Of a stretch of DNA of 64,000 nt, positions 42,427 through 54,574 are shown piece by piece. This DNA is from Rhizomicrobium sp. (lineage in GTDB: Bacteria; Pseudomonadota; Alphaproteobacteria; Micropepsales; Micropepsaceae): NCBI GenBank assembly GCA_035494695.1, contig DATJGT010000036.1, forward strand, positions 9,211-73,210, given 5' to 3'. The translations under genes and the position numbers were made by a program. The notes below the pieces were generated by a model. It was not told the DNA's origin and made no database searches. It saw only the letters and a program-made list of their open reading frames with translations. How positions within the stretch are numbered: the first letter of the stretch is position 1; every line of letters starts with the position of its first letter.

Positions 42427-43587
42427 ATGAGACTTACGGCACCGGCGCGAATAACGGACGGTGAGCGTCGCACGCGCCTTCAGAGATTGACGGCCGCGAT
42501 GTCCGAGAACGGGTTGGATGCAGTGCTTCTCGGCCCCACGCCGTCCCTGCGCTATTTCACCGGTATCGTGTGGCATCCCTCTGAGCGCTTCACCGGCGCG
42601 ATCGTGTTTGCCGACGGCAGAATCGAATATGTCTGCCCCCGTTTCGAGCGTGACAAGGTCGGCGGACTCGTGCGTATTCCGGGCGATATTTCAACTTGGC
42701 AGGAGGAAGAAAGCCCGTACGCGTTGATTGCGGACCGCATCGGCGCAAATTCAAAAATCGGCATCGACAATCAGGTGGCGCTGTTTACCTATCGCGGGCT
42801 GGCGCAGGTGATCGATCCGGCGCGCCTGGCCGACGCGGGGCCGCCGATCACGAGCTTGCGCGCACGCAAATCGCCCGCGGAAATCGCGCTGCTGCAATAT
42901 GCGAAGAACATCACGCTCGAGGTGCAGCGCCGCGCGTGGGAAGGCATGCGCGCCGGCCTTCGCGCTTCCGAAGTCGAGCAGTTCATTGAGCATGAGCACC
43001 GCGCGTTGGGCGCCGATAGCGGCAACACCTTTTGCATTGTGTCCTTCGGTGAAGACACATCGCTGCCGCATGGCGGCGAAGCCGATCGCGTGCTGAACGA
43101 GGACGATGTCATCCTGATCGATACCGGCACACAATACGACGGCTACAACTCCGACATCACCCGCACTTACGTGTTCGGCGAACCATCCGCAAAGGTTCGC
43201 CGCGTGTGGAATGCGGAGAAGGACGCGCAGGCAGCTGCGTTCGAAGCAGCGACGCCTGGTTCATTTTGCGAAACAGTTGATGCGGCGGCGCGAGCGTCGC
43301 TTGCCGCCAACGGCTTCGGCCCGGATTACCGCCTGCCCGGCTGCCCGCATCGCACCGGGCACGGCATCGGCCTCGACGTTCACGAATCGCCCAATCTCGT
43401 GCGCGGCGATCGCACGGCGCTTGCCGCCGGCATGTGTTTCTCCAACGAGCCCACCATTGTGGTGCCGGGCCAATTCGGAATCCGTCTCGAAGATCACTTC
43501 TACATGACGGATGATGGGCCGCGCTGGTTCACCGCGCCCTCCCAAAGCCTCGATGATCCGTTTGGCGGTGTTGCGCCGCTCGCTTAA
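42427..43587 (+). CDS. Xaa-Pro peptidase (M24B)
   Basis: DTG...SDITRT, HRTGHGIGLDVHE, SNEP, GIRLED. Confidence 0.92.
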   Translation: MRLTAPARITDGERRTRLQRLTAAMSENGLDAVLLGPTPSLRYFTGIVWHPSERFTGAIVFADGRIEYVCPRFERDKVGGLVRIPGDISTWQEEESPYALIADRIGANSKIGIDNQVALFTYRGLAQVIDPARLADAGPPITSLRARKSPAEIALLQYAKNITLEVQRRAWEGMRAGLRASEVEQFIEHEHRALGADSGNTFCIVSFGEDTSLPHGGEADRVLNEDDVILIDTGTQYDGYNSDITRTYVFGEPSAKVRRVWNAEKDAQAAAFEAATPGSFCETVDAAARASLAANGFGPDYRLPGCPHRTGHGIGLDVHESPNLVRGDRTALAAGMCFSNEPTIVVPGQFGIRLEDHFYMTDDGPRWFTAPSQSLDDPFGGVAPLA

Positions 43588-43605
43588 GCGGCGGCGCCGA
43601 AATCA

Positions 43606-44258
43606 TCAGTGCCCAAACTGGTTGAGCGGATTGTTGGATTCGCCAAAATCGAAACATGGCGTGCCGAGATTGGAAGTCGGGTTATCAACGGCGCATGATT
43701 TTTCCACGCCCTTGAATGGCGCGTTGCGCTTCGCGATCACCGCATCGAACGGCGAAGGCTTGGCATTGCCGAGCATCACATTAGGAGCGCCACCTTTCTC
43801 CCACTGATTGGCGAGACAGTGCGCTTTCTCGCGGGGCGAGAGCTTCTCGTAATAGGCGCCGCTGCAATTGTAGAGATAGCGGCCGAGTGCACCGATGTCG
43901 CCCTGCGGCGCCGCCGGTTTTTGCTGCAGTTCCGGCACGACGATTATCGCGTTTGGTGCCGAGGGCACGATGAAGGTTGGGACCGGGATCGCTTCCCGGG
44001 GCTTCCTTTCCTCTTCGTTGGGTTCGGCAGGCGGGGGCAGCAGCCTGACAATGATTTCACGAACGTGCAGTACCTGCTCAATCGCGGGCGAGCGGATCGC
44101 GGCGAGAAACCCAAGCAACACCAGAATGTGGAGCGTGACGACCGCGACGCCCACGGCCGCACGGCGAACTCGCACCTCTTCCACCATGCGCACTCCGTGG
44201 ATCCGGTCGCCTGCGGCTTCCGATAGCAGGGAAATCTGCCTGCCGCCAGAAACAGCCG

Positions 44259-44262
<4 letters not shown>
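43606..44262 (-). CDS. Hypothetical single-TM protein with Pro-rich linker and 4-Cys C-terminal domain
   Basis: ATG 44262 overlaps the ferredoxin stop (alternative ATG 44187); TM with His (VVTLHILVLLGF). Confidence 0.65.
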
Positions 44263-45598
<1,336 letters not shown>

Positions 45599-45715
45599 TC
45601 ACGCGTTCAGAACTGTAGGAAGTCGCAAAGGAGCGCCCCTTATAGGCAGAAAGTGGGCGGTGCAACATTGCGCTTCAAGGCTGGGCAAAATGCCGCTTTT
45701 CTGGTCCTTTTTCGA

Positions 45716-46072
45716 CTAAGCGGCCAAATACGCGGCGATGAATGCCCACACAGCATCCGCTTTCGCGTTGAGCGCCGAGAGCACTCTCCGGGCGTCGGCG
45801 TGTTGCAGGCTTGGATCGACCCCCTCGGCTTCTGCCGCGGCGTCGGCCAAGCCAAACGCGCCAATTCCCATGGCTCCGCCTTTTAGCGAGTGAACGATCT
45901 GCCGCCAACGTATCGCGTCGCGCATCTCGAGCACCCCCCCAAGCTCCCGCAACATTCCGGCCGATTGCGTGGCGAAGAGTTGCAGGATTTCGGCGTCAAG
46001 CGCGGCCTCCCCACCCGTGTAGCGGGCGAGGTGACCGAGATCGACCGGATGCTGCTGGGCAACCGATTCCAA
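45716..46072 (-). CDS. Hpt (histidine phosphotransfer) domain protein
   Basis: AGGAG then TTG 46072; VDLGHLARYTGG, HSLKGGA.GIGA. Confidence 0.85.
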   Translation of the reverse strand: MESVAQQHPVDLGHLARYTGGEAALDAEILQLFATQSAGMLRELGGVLEMRDAIRWRQIVHSLKGGAMGIGAFGLADAAAEAEGVDPSLQHADARRVLSALNAKADAVWAFIAAYLAA

Positions 46073-46136
46073 AAGCCACTCCTGACAATGGCGGACAGAA
46101 TGCGCCTCGCCGCTCAATATCCCGTTAAAGCCCTCA

Positions 46137-46847
46137 TCAAATCGGAGCCCAACCGTTCGGGAACGGCGACACACTGAACATCCAATGATGCAGGAACAGC
46201 ACCGCGAGAAATACGACGAGTGCCAGCCAGAAGCGCCAGCCAAAGCTTTCACTGATATTGAGACAGTTGCGGCCGGCAAGCACTGCGGCGAAGGGAATAT
46301 TGGATGTCTTTGCCGCGAACGCGTTCCAGGCATCGCCCAATTTGCGTCGCCTCTTCGCGTCGATCAGGAGCGTCCCGAGAATCGCCAGCACAAAAAATGT
46401 GCCAAAGAAAATCACGGACGCGAAGTCGCCGTTGGCGGCCAGATGAAAGCCCGACCACAAGATCACGCCCCAGAGAAACGGATGCCGCGTGATCCTCAAC
46501 ACGCCTTTGATTGTACTTTCTTTCGAAGCCGCGCCTTCCTGCTGCACAGATGTCGGATTTGGCATCAGGAGGCCCTGTACGCCGAGCAGGAACGCAAGCG
46601 CCACAATGAGAATCCCGAGATCACGAACACCGCGGCCAACGTCGTATAGCATGCGGTTTTCGGTGCCCGCTTGCGCCGCATTGTACGACATCACGAGCCA
46701 GGCGATGATGGCAATCGAGGCAACTGAAAAGAGGCCGAGATAGGGCCGCTCGCCGATCGCCCCGGTAATCGCATCACGTGCACGCGTACCCGAAATCAGC
46801 AGGTGTATGGCGAGAAAGGCGGCGGCTGCCGCAATCAACATCGACAT
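46137..46847 (-). CDS. NnrU family membrane protein
   Basis: HLLIS, RITRHPFLWG..LW...HL..NGD, TSNIPFAA. Confidence 0.85.
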   Translation of the reverse strand: MSMLIAAAAAFLAIHLLISGTRARDAITGAIGERPYLGLFSVASIAIIAWLVMSYNAAQAGTENRMLYDVGRGVRDLGILIVALAFLLGVQGLLMPNPTSVQQEGAASKESTIKGVLRITRHPFLWGVILWSGFHLAANGDFASVIFFGTFFVLAILGTLLIDAKRRRKLGDAWNAFAAKTSNIPFAAVLAGRNCLNISESFGWRFWLALVVFLAVLFLHHWMFSVSPFPNGWAPI

Positions 46848-46860
46848 GTTTGGCCCCCTA

Positions 46861-47697
46861 TCAGACACGCGCGTGCATGATATGGCCGCGCGCGCCGAGC
46901 CTCAATCCATCGGTGCGTCTTTCAAAATAGCGCGCATTGAGCCGTGCCGCATCCCAATCTTCCCGGGCTGTGAATCCCATTGTGCGGAGTTCGCCTGCAA
47001 GCTCTTGCGGCTCGAACGAGCTCCGGAACGGCTCACCGGCATTTGCCACTCGCCGGGAGAGTTCTTCGAGAGCCGCACGCGAGCGCGCATCGATGGGCGA
47101 TGCCATGTCCGCATAGTCGAAGACGACCTCATTCCCATGCGTCTGCGCAATCGATCTCAGGGTCTGCATGGCCGCGGTGCGCGTGAGGTAAGGAACAACG
47201 CCAAGCCAGGCGAATACGGCCGCGGCTTCCGTCCGGAAACCGCCTCGGCGGAGCGCCACCGAAAATGGCTCGCGTTCAAAATCGACCGCCATGTAGTGCA
47301 CGTTTGCCGGGAGCCCGACGCCCACGTCGCAAAGGCGCTGGCGCTTCCAGGCTTGCGTCGCCGGCTGATCCATTTCGAATACCGCCAGTCCCGGAAACTG
47401 GCTGCCCACCCGATAGGCAAAAGTATCGAGCCCCGCGCCAACCAGAACGTACTGCCTGATCCCGCGGTCGAACGCCGATGCCAGAATGTCCTCTGCCAGG
47501 CGGCTACGCACCGAGAGAAACGCTCGCATCACTCTGGCGCCCTCTTGCGCCTGCCGGGACCGGCCTGCGCGAAGCTCGGCTTCCCGGCCGATCATGGACA
47601 GCGCCAGCGGATCATCGAACAGCCGGGGATGGTCGAAAAGCTGATGAGCCGCCCGATGGATCGCCGCGCCCTGCGCTGTCCGGCTCGGTCCTTCCAC
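46861..47697 (-). CDS. SAM-dependent methyltransferase (LCM/TIGR00027-like)
   Basis: GGGAGGG RBS with GTG; SRTA..AAIHRAAH, QYVLVGAGLDTFAYR, FEMDQP, WLGVVPYL. Confidence 0.87.
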   Translation of the reverse strand: MEGPSRTAQGAAIHRAAHQLFDHPRLFDDPLALSMIGREAELRAGRSRQAQEGARVMRAFLSVRSRLAEDILASAFDRGIRQYVLVGAGLDTFAYRVGSQFPGLAVFEMDQPATQAWKRQRLCDVGVGLPANVHYMAVDFEREPFSVALRRGGFRTEAAAVFAWLGVVPYLTRTAAMQTLRSIAQTHGNEVVFDYADMASPIDARSRAALEELSRRVANAGEPFRSSFEPQELAGELRTMGFTAREDWDAARLNARYFERRTDGLRLGARGHIMHARV

Positions 47698-47813
47698 CGA
47701 TCCCTCCCTTGGATTCCGGATTTGAATTAGACCACAGGCGATCCCGTTGTTCCTACTCGCGATTTGAGCCGAATTGTGGTTAAGCTGCGGGGGTGTCGTG
47801 AAGGGGGCGTGCC

Positions 47814-49841
47814 ATGGCGACCGTTGGAACCGAGCGTAATCCTGCTGTTTTCCTGCCCTCCGCCGAGACCTTCGGCGATCAGTTTGGGCAGCGCCCGCCG
47901 CCTGCATCCACGGGTGTTGGAGCCATCATCTTTGCGGTGACCCTCGGCGCCTTCTGGATAGGCGCGGGAGCCGCCTATGTCTGGGGCTACTTCGGTCCGG
48001 CTGGAGTTTCCGCCCTGCCGTTCCAGCAGATCGCCCTGATCGTGTTTGCGATGCTTGTGCCGCCGATGCTGATCGTGGTGGGTGCGTGGGCGTTCAGCCG
48101 GGGCCAGGCGATGGCCAGCGCCGCGGAAGGATTGGCGGAAGCGACTGAACGGCTGTTTTCGGCCGACGAGACGGCGTCGCGAACCGCGGCCCGATTGGGA
48201 CGGACGGTCCGGCGTGAGCTTGACGCGTTGAATGCCGGTCTCGATGGCGCTTTTGCCCGATTGCGGGCTCTGGAATCCGTCCTCGAGAACCAGATCGCAG
48301 CCTTGGATGAAGCATCGGCGCGCGCCGATGTGCGCGCGGAAAGCGTCGCCGCGCGTATGTCCCATGAACGCGAACGCATCGACAGCGTGGCCGCATACCT
48401 GAGCGATACTGCCTCGCGCGCAAGCGAAATCGTGGCCGGCAGAGCGGCACAGCTGAAGGCCATGATCGAATCGGCTGAAGGGACGTTGAAGACCGCCGGC
48501 CATCTCCTCGAGGCGCAAGCCGCAAGCTTTAGGGCTGCTGCGCAGGCCGCATCGGAGGCGCCACAATCCGCAGCCGTCGAGCTCGACAAGCAGGCCAAAC
48601 AGATCGAAGCCGTCTCGGACGCGGCAATGGCGCGCGCCGAATTCGTCCTGGGCCGCCACGAACGACATCGCGCCACCATGGCCGAGCTGCTGCAGCGCCT
48701 TAAGCAGGAAGGAACGGCTCTGGAGTCCAATCTGGCGCAACAGCGCTCGACGATGGAACAGGCGATTGGCGCGCTTGGCGAGCAGGCCAGGGTTTTCGGA
48801 ACCATTGCCGGCGAAACGGAGCGCCAGCTCGATTCCATCATGTCGGCCGGAGCAGCGCGCGCGACTCAGACGACCGCCAGCTTTGCACGGGAAGCCGACC
48901 GCGTCAGGGAAATATGCGAGACCGCTTGCACAGGCCTGACCAAACTCATGTCGTCGCTGCATGATGCGGGTGCAAGTGCGCACACGTTGATTGCCGACAC
49001 GACATCGCAAACCAAGACCAATGCGAAGGCACTGGTCGGCGAGGCCATGGCGGAATGCCAGAAATTGATGCGTACCGCCGGCGAGCTTTCGACCGAGGCG
49101 ACGCAGATCAAGGCGGCGCTGGCGAATGCCGTCGGCGTTCTCGAAAAGCATCTGACGTCGCTTCCCTCCGTGGCGCAGCAGGAAGCCGTCCGCGTGCGTG
49201 AGATGGTCCGGTCTGAAACCGAAGAAATTTTGGACCTTTCCGCGCGCACGCTCTCAACAATTCACGCGCGAACGACAGGACGGCTTCCGGTACGCCAGCC
49301 ACAACCCGAACCCGAACCGGAGGTGGAAAGCGACGGACTGCTTGGCATGGCCCGCCGTTTGGCTCATCGGCCCAAAAAGAAGGAATCTTCGGAGTTGAGG
49401 CCTTGGGAAATGAGCACTTTGCTGTCGGCGGTGGATTCGGGAGACGGCAAGGCGAAGGACCTGAAACCCGCTGCGGCGGCTGCGCTCGGTGCGCTTGAAG
49501 CAGCGCTCGCCGACATGACCATCGATCTGGACGCAATCAGCATAGGGTCCACGTCGGATGAGGATGTTTGGCGTCGCTACCTTGCCGGCGACCGCACGGC
49601 CTTCGCGCGACGCCTCGCCGAATCCATCGATGCGGGCGCAATCAACCGCATCGCGACATTGAATCGCGAGGACGCGCGATTTCGCGAGGCTGCAGGCACC
49701 TACATGACCGAATTCGAGGCGATGCTTGCAAGGGCGCGAGAGGGAGACAACGGCGGGCTGCTGGCGTCGACACTACTCAGTGCAGACACGGGAAAAGTCT
49801 ATCTCGCGATTGCCTATGCGCTCGGGCGGCTTTCATCCTGA
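47814..49841 (+). CDS. Two-TM coiled-coil polar protein, GPR/RgsE/TipN-like
   Basis: Two N-terminal TMs, VRRELDALN, long helical repeats, C-terminal WRRY..GDR..F.RRL...Y..EFE..L...DTGKVY..A.A.GRL. Confidence 0.75.
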   Translation: MATVGTERNPAVFLPSAETFGDQFGQRPPPASTGVGAIIFAVTLGAFWIGAGAAYVWGYFGPAGVSALPFQQIALIVFAMLVPPMLIVVGAWAFSRGQAMASAAEGLAEATERLFSADETASRTAARLGRTVRRELDALNAGLDGAFARLRALESVLENQIAALDEASARADVRAESVAARMSHERERIDSVAAYLSDTASRASEIVAGRAAQLKAMIESAEGTLKTAGHLLEAQAASFRAAAQAASEAPQSAAVELDKQAKQIEAVSDAAMARAEFVLGRHERHRATMAELLQRLKQEGTALESNLAQQRSTMEQAIGALGEQARVFGTIAGETERQLDSIMSAGAARATQTTASFAREADRVREICETACTGLTKLMSSLHDAGASAHTLIADTTSQTKTNAKALVGEAMAECQKLMRTAGELSTEATQIKAALANAVGVLEKHLTSLPSVAQQEAVRVREMVRSETEEILDLSARTLSTIHARTTGRLPVRQPQPEPEPEVESDGLLGMARRLAHRPKKKESSELRPWEMSTLLSAVDSGDGKAKDLKPAAAAALGALEAALADMTIDLDAISIGSTSDEDVWRRYLAGDRTAFARRLAESIDAGAINRIATLNREDARFREAAGTYMTEFEAMLARAREGDNGGLLASTLLSADTGKVYLAIAYALGRLSS

Positions 49842-51134
49842 ACGTCTGAACCGCGCCGCATAAAAACCATCCATGCCGCCCTGCTCGGCGAGATGACACG
49901 GCAGGGTGCGCAGCGCACCGTCGGAAATCAGGTCGGCCATTCCGAACACCTCATCTGCGCGGATAGGCATCCGCCGAAATTCCGGATGTTGCTTAGCAAA
50001 CTGCACGGCCTGTTCCGGTCCTTCCTCCGGCTCGAGCGAGCACACGGCGAAGACAAGCACGCCTCCATCTGCCACCATCTCCGCGGCGGCATCGAGAAGT
50101 TCGCCCGCGCCGTGCGCGCACAGGCCGACGTCCGCGGCGCTCTTGTTCCACGGCAGATCGGGATGACGGCGGATTGTGCCCGTGGCGCTGCAGGGCGCGT
50201 CGAGCAGGACGAACGGCGCGTGCTCCTTCGGCACAAAATCGCGCGCATCCGATTCGACGAGTTCCGCCGAAAGGCGGAGCCGCGAGAGATTCTCCTTGAG
50301 GCGCTGGAGGCGATTGGAGTCACGCTCGACTGCGATGACATTCGCGCCATTGGCGGCGAGCTGCGCCGTCTTGCCGCCCGGTGCTGCGCATAGATCGATC
50401 ACGGTTCTGCCGCGCACCTCGCCCAAGAGCCGCGCCGGCAATGTGGCAGCGAAATCCTGCACCCACCACATTCCCTCCGCGTATCCGGGCAAATCTTCGA
50501 CGCGGCCGGCATCGGCGATGCGCATGGCCTTACCAGGCAAGGCAAATCCGCCTTGAATCACCAGAGCCTCGGACTTTGCCTGAAGGTCCAGCGGCGGTGG
50601 CGAAAGATGCGCGGCGGCAATCTCGCGCGCAATCTCGTCGCCATAAGTTTCGCACCACCGCTGCCACAACCAATCCGGCGTGTTGAGACGCGGTGAATCT
50701 TGCACAGCGAGAATCCCCTCGCCTTCGCGCGCGATGCGCCGAAGCACGGCATTGATCAATGCCTTGAAATGAACGGCTTTGGAATCTCCCGCTGCGAGCT
50801 CATTCGCCGCGTCCACCGCCGCATGTGGGGCCACCTTGAGGAACAGCAATTCGCACGCGCCGGCGAGCAGAATTTCGAACGTCGGCCCAGCACGATGCTG
50901 CGGCGGCAGTTTCGGCACGAATTGATGGATCAAGTGCTGCAGCTGCCCGAAGCGGCGCAAGGTCTCGGTTGCAATCGCAACGGCGAAGCCGGCGTCCCGC
51001 CCTTCCAGATTCGCGTCCACAAGCACGCTCTCAATCATCGCCTCTAATGGAAGCCGCCGACGAAGAACTCCACCGAGAATCGCCAGAGCCGCAGAGCGTG
51101 CTGCGAGCCCGGCAGGCTGTTTCGCGCGCGCCAA
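49833..51134 (-). CDS. rsmB: RsmB/NOL1/Sun RNA m5C methyltransferase with NusB-like domain
   Basis: VQD, DLCAAPGGKT, LLDAPCSATG..RRHPD, CSL..EEG. Confidence 0.88.
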   Translation of the reverse strand: MARAKQPAGLAARSAALAILGGVLRRRLPLEAMIESVLVDANLEGRDAGFAVAIATETLRRFGQLQHLIHQFVPKLPPQHRAGPTFEILLAGACELLFLKVAPHAAVDAANELAAGDSKAVHFKALINAVLRRIAREGEGILAVQDSPRLNTPDWLWQRWCETYGDEIAREIAAAHLSPPPLDLQAKSEALVIQGGFALPGKAMRIADAGRVEDLPGYAEGMWWVQDFAATLPARLLGEVRGRTVIDLCAAPGGKTAQLAANGANVIAVERDSNRLQRLKENLSRLRLSAELVESDARDFVPKEHAPFVLLDAPCSATGTIRRHPDLPWNKSAADVGLCAHGAGELLDAAAEMVADGGVLVFAVCSLEPEEGPEQAVQFAKQHPEFRRMPIRADEVFGMADLISDGALRTLPCHLAEQGGMDGFYAARFRRSG

Positions 51135-51135
51135 C

Positions 51136-52011
51136 TCAGCCCCAAGGACCCGGCTTCGGTGCCTGTCCCATGTCCGCCGCCATGGCTTTCAGGCGTGCGA
51201 TGCGTTCGTCGGTGGATGGATGACTCGCGAACAGGGAGGCCACACCGCCGCCATGTAGCGGATTGATGATGAACATGTGCGCGGTGGCAGGGTTCGCTTC
51301 GGCACTCGGATTCTCGATGGCCTCGGCCGCGGATTCGATTCGCTGCAACGCCGAGGCAAGCCACAGCGGACGGCCCGAAAGGAGGGCGCCCGAGCGATCC
51401 GCCTCGAATTCGCGCGTCCGGCTGATCGCCATCTGCACCAGAACGGCAGCAATTGGCGCAAGGATTGCGATGAGAATGACCCCCACGGCGCCAAGCGGAT
51501 TGTTTCGCCGATCACCACCGCCGAGGAAGAATGCAAAATTCGCCAGCATCGAGATCGCGCCGGCCATCGTCGCCACGATCGTCATCGTTAGTGTGTCGCG
51601 GTTCTTCACATGGCTCAACTCGTGCGCGAGCACGCCCGCGAGCTCTTCGTCATTGACGCGCTTCAGCAAGCCGGTCGTGGCGCAAACAGCCGCATGCTCG
51701 GGATTGCGACCCGTTGCAAACGCATTCGGCTGCTCGTTTTCGGCGATATAGACTTTCGGCATCGGCAGGCCGTCGGCCTCGGCCAGCCGACGGACTATGT
51801 GCACGAACTCCGGCGCCGTCGTCTCATCGACTTCGCGCGCGTCGTACATGGACAACACCATCTTGTCCGAATTCCAGTAGGCAAAGAAATTCGTTCCCAC
51901 GGCAAACAGGAAGGCGATCAGCATCCCCGTCTGACCACCTAGCAGGAAGCCGACAGTGAGAAAGATCCCGGTCAGCACTGCCATCAAAAGTCCGGTGCGG
52001 AAGACGTTCAT
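51136..52011 (-). CDS. htpX: Zinc metalloprotease HtpX
   Basis: [26 protein letters not shown]. Confidence 0.95.
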   Translation of the reverse strand: MNVFRTGLLMAVLTGIFLTVGFLLGGQTGMLIAFLFAVGTNFFAYWNSDKMVLSMYDAREVDETTAPEFVHIVRRLAEADGLPMPKVYIAENEQPNAFATGRNPEHAAVCATTGLLKRVNDEELAGVLAHELSHVKNRDTLTMTIVATMAGAISMLANFAFFLGGGDRRNNPLGAVGVILIAILAPIAAVLVQMAISRTREFEADRSGALLSGRPLWLASALQRIESAAEAIENPSAEANPATAHMFIINPLHGGGVASLFASHPSTDERIARLKAMAADMGQAPKPGPWG

Positions 52012-52062
52012 CGCTTGTCCTTTGCAGCGCGAAACCTTAGCTCTCGCTGACGCCTCTCATGT

Positions 52063-52275
52063 ATGAGCGTCAACGTGCCGGTCAAGAATTCCGCCAAAGC
52101 CCAGGAGATCGAACGGCGTATCCGGGAAGCGGGCGAACGCGCGAAGGCCGAGGCCGAGGCCAGGCGCGCGGCGAAGCAACCGGAGTGCCTTCCTCCTGAG
52201 CGGGATGGCCCGAAAGGTCCTGAGCCCACCCGCTATGGCGACTGGGAACGCAAGGGCTTGGCCTCGGATTTCTAA
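52063..52275 (+). CDS. DUF1674 (SDHAF4-like) protein
   Basis: GPKGPEPTRYGDWERKG..SDF. Confidence 0.9.
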   Translation: MSVNVPVKNSAKAQEIERRIREAGERAKAEAEARRAAKQPECLPPERDGPKGPEPTRYGDWERKGLASDF

Positions 52276-52282
52276 GGCTGGG

Positions 52283-52311
52283 CTTGATCCTTAGGGCGCT
52301 CAAGGCCATGT
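52283..52311 (+). promoter_or_regulatory. Possible RpoH (sigma32) promoter upstream of nfuA
   Basis: CTTGAT-N15-GGCCATGT resembles CTTGAA...CCCATnT. Confidence 0.35.
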
Positions 52312-52365
52312 AATGGCTGAGCAATCATTCCAGTCTGAGAGCAGCCGCCGGGAGCGCCAAACACC

Positions 52366-52932
52366 ATGTTCATCCAGACCGAATCCACGCCCAACCCCGC
52401 TACCCTGAAATTCCTGCCGGGTTGCGATGTGATGGGCGACGGTGCCGTGGCGGACTTTCCGGATCGCGATTCCGCGGAACGTTCGCCGCTCGCCTCCGCT
52501 TTGTTCGCAATTCGCGAAGTCTCGCGCGTTTTCTTCGGTTCGGATTTTATTTCGGTCACGAAAGCCTCTGGCGACTGGAAGCATCTTAAACCACCGGTCC
52601 TTGGCGCGATTATGGAACATTTTACGCGCGGACTGCCGCTGATCGAAGGTGGGGCCCACGTTCAGGAGGAAGACGAGCCCGGCTATTCCGAGGAGGATGC
52701 AGAGGTTGTCTCGCAAATCAGGGAACTGCTCGACACGCGGGTGCGGCCAGCCGTTGCCGGCGATGGCGGCGATATCATCTTTAAGGGCTTTGACAGTTCC
52801 ACGGGAATCGTTTCTCTCCATCTGCGCGGTTCATGTGCTGGATGTCCATCGTCGGTCATCACGCTCAAGAATGGCATCGAAAATATGCTGCGTCACTACA
52901 TTCCGGAAGTGAACGCGGTCGAATCGGTCTGA
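52366..52932 (+). CDS. nfuA: NifU/Nfu family Fe-S carrier
   Basis: [39 protein letters not shown]. Confidence 0.92.
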   Translation: MFIQTESTPNPATLKFLPGCDVMGDGAVADFPDRDSAERSPLASALFAIREVSRVFFGSDFISVTKASGDWKHLKPPVLGAIMEHFTRGLPLIEGGAHVQEEDEPGYSEEDAEVVSQIRELLDTRVRPAVAGDGGDIIFKGFDSSTGIVSLHLRGSCAGCPSSVITLKNGIENMLRHYIPEVNAVESV

Positions 52933-52953
52933 GCGCGTGACCAGCCGGCATTC

Positions 52954-53631
52954 ATGAAAATTCTGGCCGTCGATACCGCGCTCGGCGCCTGTTCGGTTGC
53001 CGTGCTCGACGGCGATTCTGTACGCGCGCGCGCGCTCGAAGTCATGGAGCGGGGTCACGCCGAAGCGCTCGCGCCGATGGTCCAGGAAACGATGCGCGCG
53101 GCCGAACTGGAATTTGGCGAACTTCAGCGTCTGGCTGTTACGACCGGTCCGGGCACGTTTACCGGCCAGCGTGTAGGCCTTGCATTCATGCGCGGACTGC
53201 GCCTCGCACTCAAACTGCCTCTGATCGGAATTACCACGTTGGATGCGATGGCGGCCGCGGCGCTAGCGGAAACCGATGCCGATGTCGCTGCCGCCCTGCA
53301 CGATGCCAAGCGCGGCGAGGTATATTTCGGCATGCGATCGCGGGGCAACACGATACGGGAACCGGTGCTGCTGCTGTTTGAGAATGCGATCGAGGCGATC
53401 ATGCACGCGACTGCCGGCCGTTCGGAAACCGTAGCGTTCGCCGGAACGGCAGGCGCCGCGGCGTGCGACCGTTGTCGATCGTTGGGGCGTGAGGGCGAAC
53501 TGACGTCCGCGGTTCAGCCCGACGCAGTATGGGTGGCGCGGCTTGCGGTGAAGGCAGGGCCGCCAAACGGCGCCCCGCGTCCACTGTATCTCCGGCCGCC
53601 GGACGCGAAATTGCCCGCCTTGAGGGCCTGA
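52954..53631 (+). CDS. tsaB: tRNA t6A biosynthesis protein TsaB
   Basis: LAVDTA, GHAE, GPGTFTG.RVG, PLYLR. Confidence 0.93.
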   Translation: MKILAVDTALGACSVAVLDGDSVRARALEVMERGHAEALAPMVQETMRAAELEFGELQRLAVTTGPGTFTGQRVGLAFMRGLRLALKLPLIGITTLDAMAAAALAETDADVAAALHDAKRGEVYFGMRSRGNTIREPVLLLFENAIEAIMHATAGRSETVAFAGTAGAAACDRCRSLGREGELTSAVQPDAVWVARLAVKAGPPNGAPRPLYLRPPDAKLPALRA

Positions 53632-54146
53632 TGCATCTGCGGCCGACGACCATTCAAGACTGCGACTTACTTGCAGAACTACACAGGGAGACGTTCACCG
53701 AGAAATGGGATGCAAGCGCATTTCGCGAACTGTTCGAGTCGGGTACGACTGCCGGACTGATCGCCGAATGCGAGGGGCGTAGTTGCGGCTTTATCGTTCA
53801 TCGGATTGTTGCCGACGAGGCGGAGATTCTGACGCTTGCGGTTCGCCCGAAAGCACGCCGGAAAGGAATAGCACAAGCGCTGCTAAAATTGGCCGGGCAG
53901 GTCGCCTGGGATCGCGGCGCAAGGGCTTTGTTTCTCGAGGTTGATGCAGACAACCACTTCGCGTTGCGGCTGTATGGAAAACTTGGGTTTCGCGAGGTCG
54001 GCCGGCGCAAGGCATATTATCAAATCGATGGGCATGTGCACGATGCCCTTGTTCTCAGGAGCGCTTTGCCGCTATCCGGATCGGCATGGGAAGTTCAGCC
54101 AAATTCGACTACAGTTGAGGAAACCAAGTCCTCGGGCAAAGCATGA
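53631..54146 (+). CDS. rimI: Ribosomal-protein-alanine N-acetyltransferase
   Basis: DEAEILTLAV, FLEV...N..A..LY...GF...GRRKAYY. Confidence 0.88.
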   Translation: MHLRPTTIQDCDLLAELHRETFTEKWDASAFRELFESGTTAGLIAECEGRSCGFIVHRIVADEAEILTLAVRPKARRKGIAQALLKLAGQVAWDRGARALFLEVDADNHFALRLYGKLGFREVGRRKAYYQIDGHVHDALVLRSALPLSGSAWEVQPNSTTVEETKSSGKA

Positions 54147-54568
54147 CACGGATCGAAAAGCTCTGCGCGGAAAAGGGCCTCCGTATGACCGACCAGCGGA
54201 GGGTGATCGCGCGCGTGCTTTCGGACGCCACGGATCACCCCGATGCGGAGGAGCTATACCGCCGCGCCTCAAGTATCGATCCGCACATTTCGATCGCAAC
54301 GGTGTACCGCACCGTTCGGCTGTTCGAAGATGCTGGCATCCTTGAGCGCCACGATTTCCGGGATGGCCGCTCTCGCTATGAGGAAATGCCGGATTCCCAT
54401 CACGATCACCTGATCGATGTGCAGACCGGCCGCGTCATCGAATTCCGCAACGAAGAGATAGAAAAGCTGCAGCGGCGCGTCGCGGAGGAGCTTGGCTTTG
54501 AACTCGTCGACCATCGGCTTGAGCTCTACGCGGTGTCACGCAAGTCGAAGACCTCGGCTGAGCGTTAG
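54143..54568 (+). CDS. fur: Fur/Mur family metal regulator
   Basis: RMTDQR, HPDAEE, SIATVYRT, HHDHLID, HRLELY. Confidence 0.92.
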   Translation: MTRIEKLCAEKGLRMTDQRRVIARVLSDATDHPDAEELYRRASSIDPHISIATVYRTVRLFEDAGILERHDFRDGRSRYEEMPDSHHDHLIDVQTGRVIEFRNEEIEKLQRRVAEELGFELVDHRLELYAVSRKSKTSAER

Positions 54569-54574
54569 ACAAAG

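Noticed and set aside
46120-46142. CtrA box upstream of the Hpt gene
   Set aside because: Only one TTAAC half-site; the second half does not match TTAA-N7-TTAA
47727-49151. 474-aa minus-strand ORF
   Set aside because: Antisense to the coiled-coil polar protein; no protein-like features
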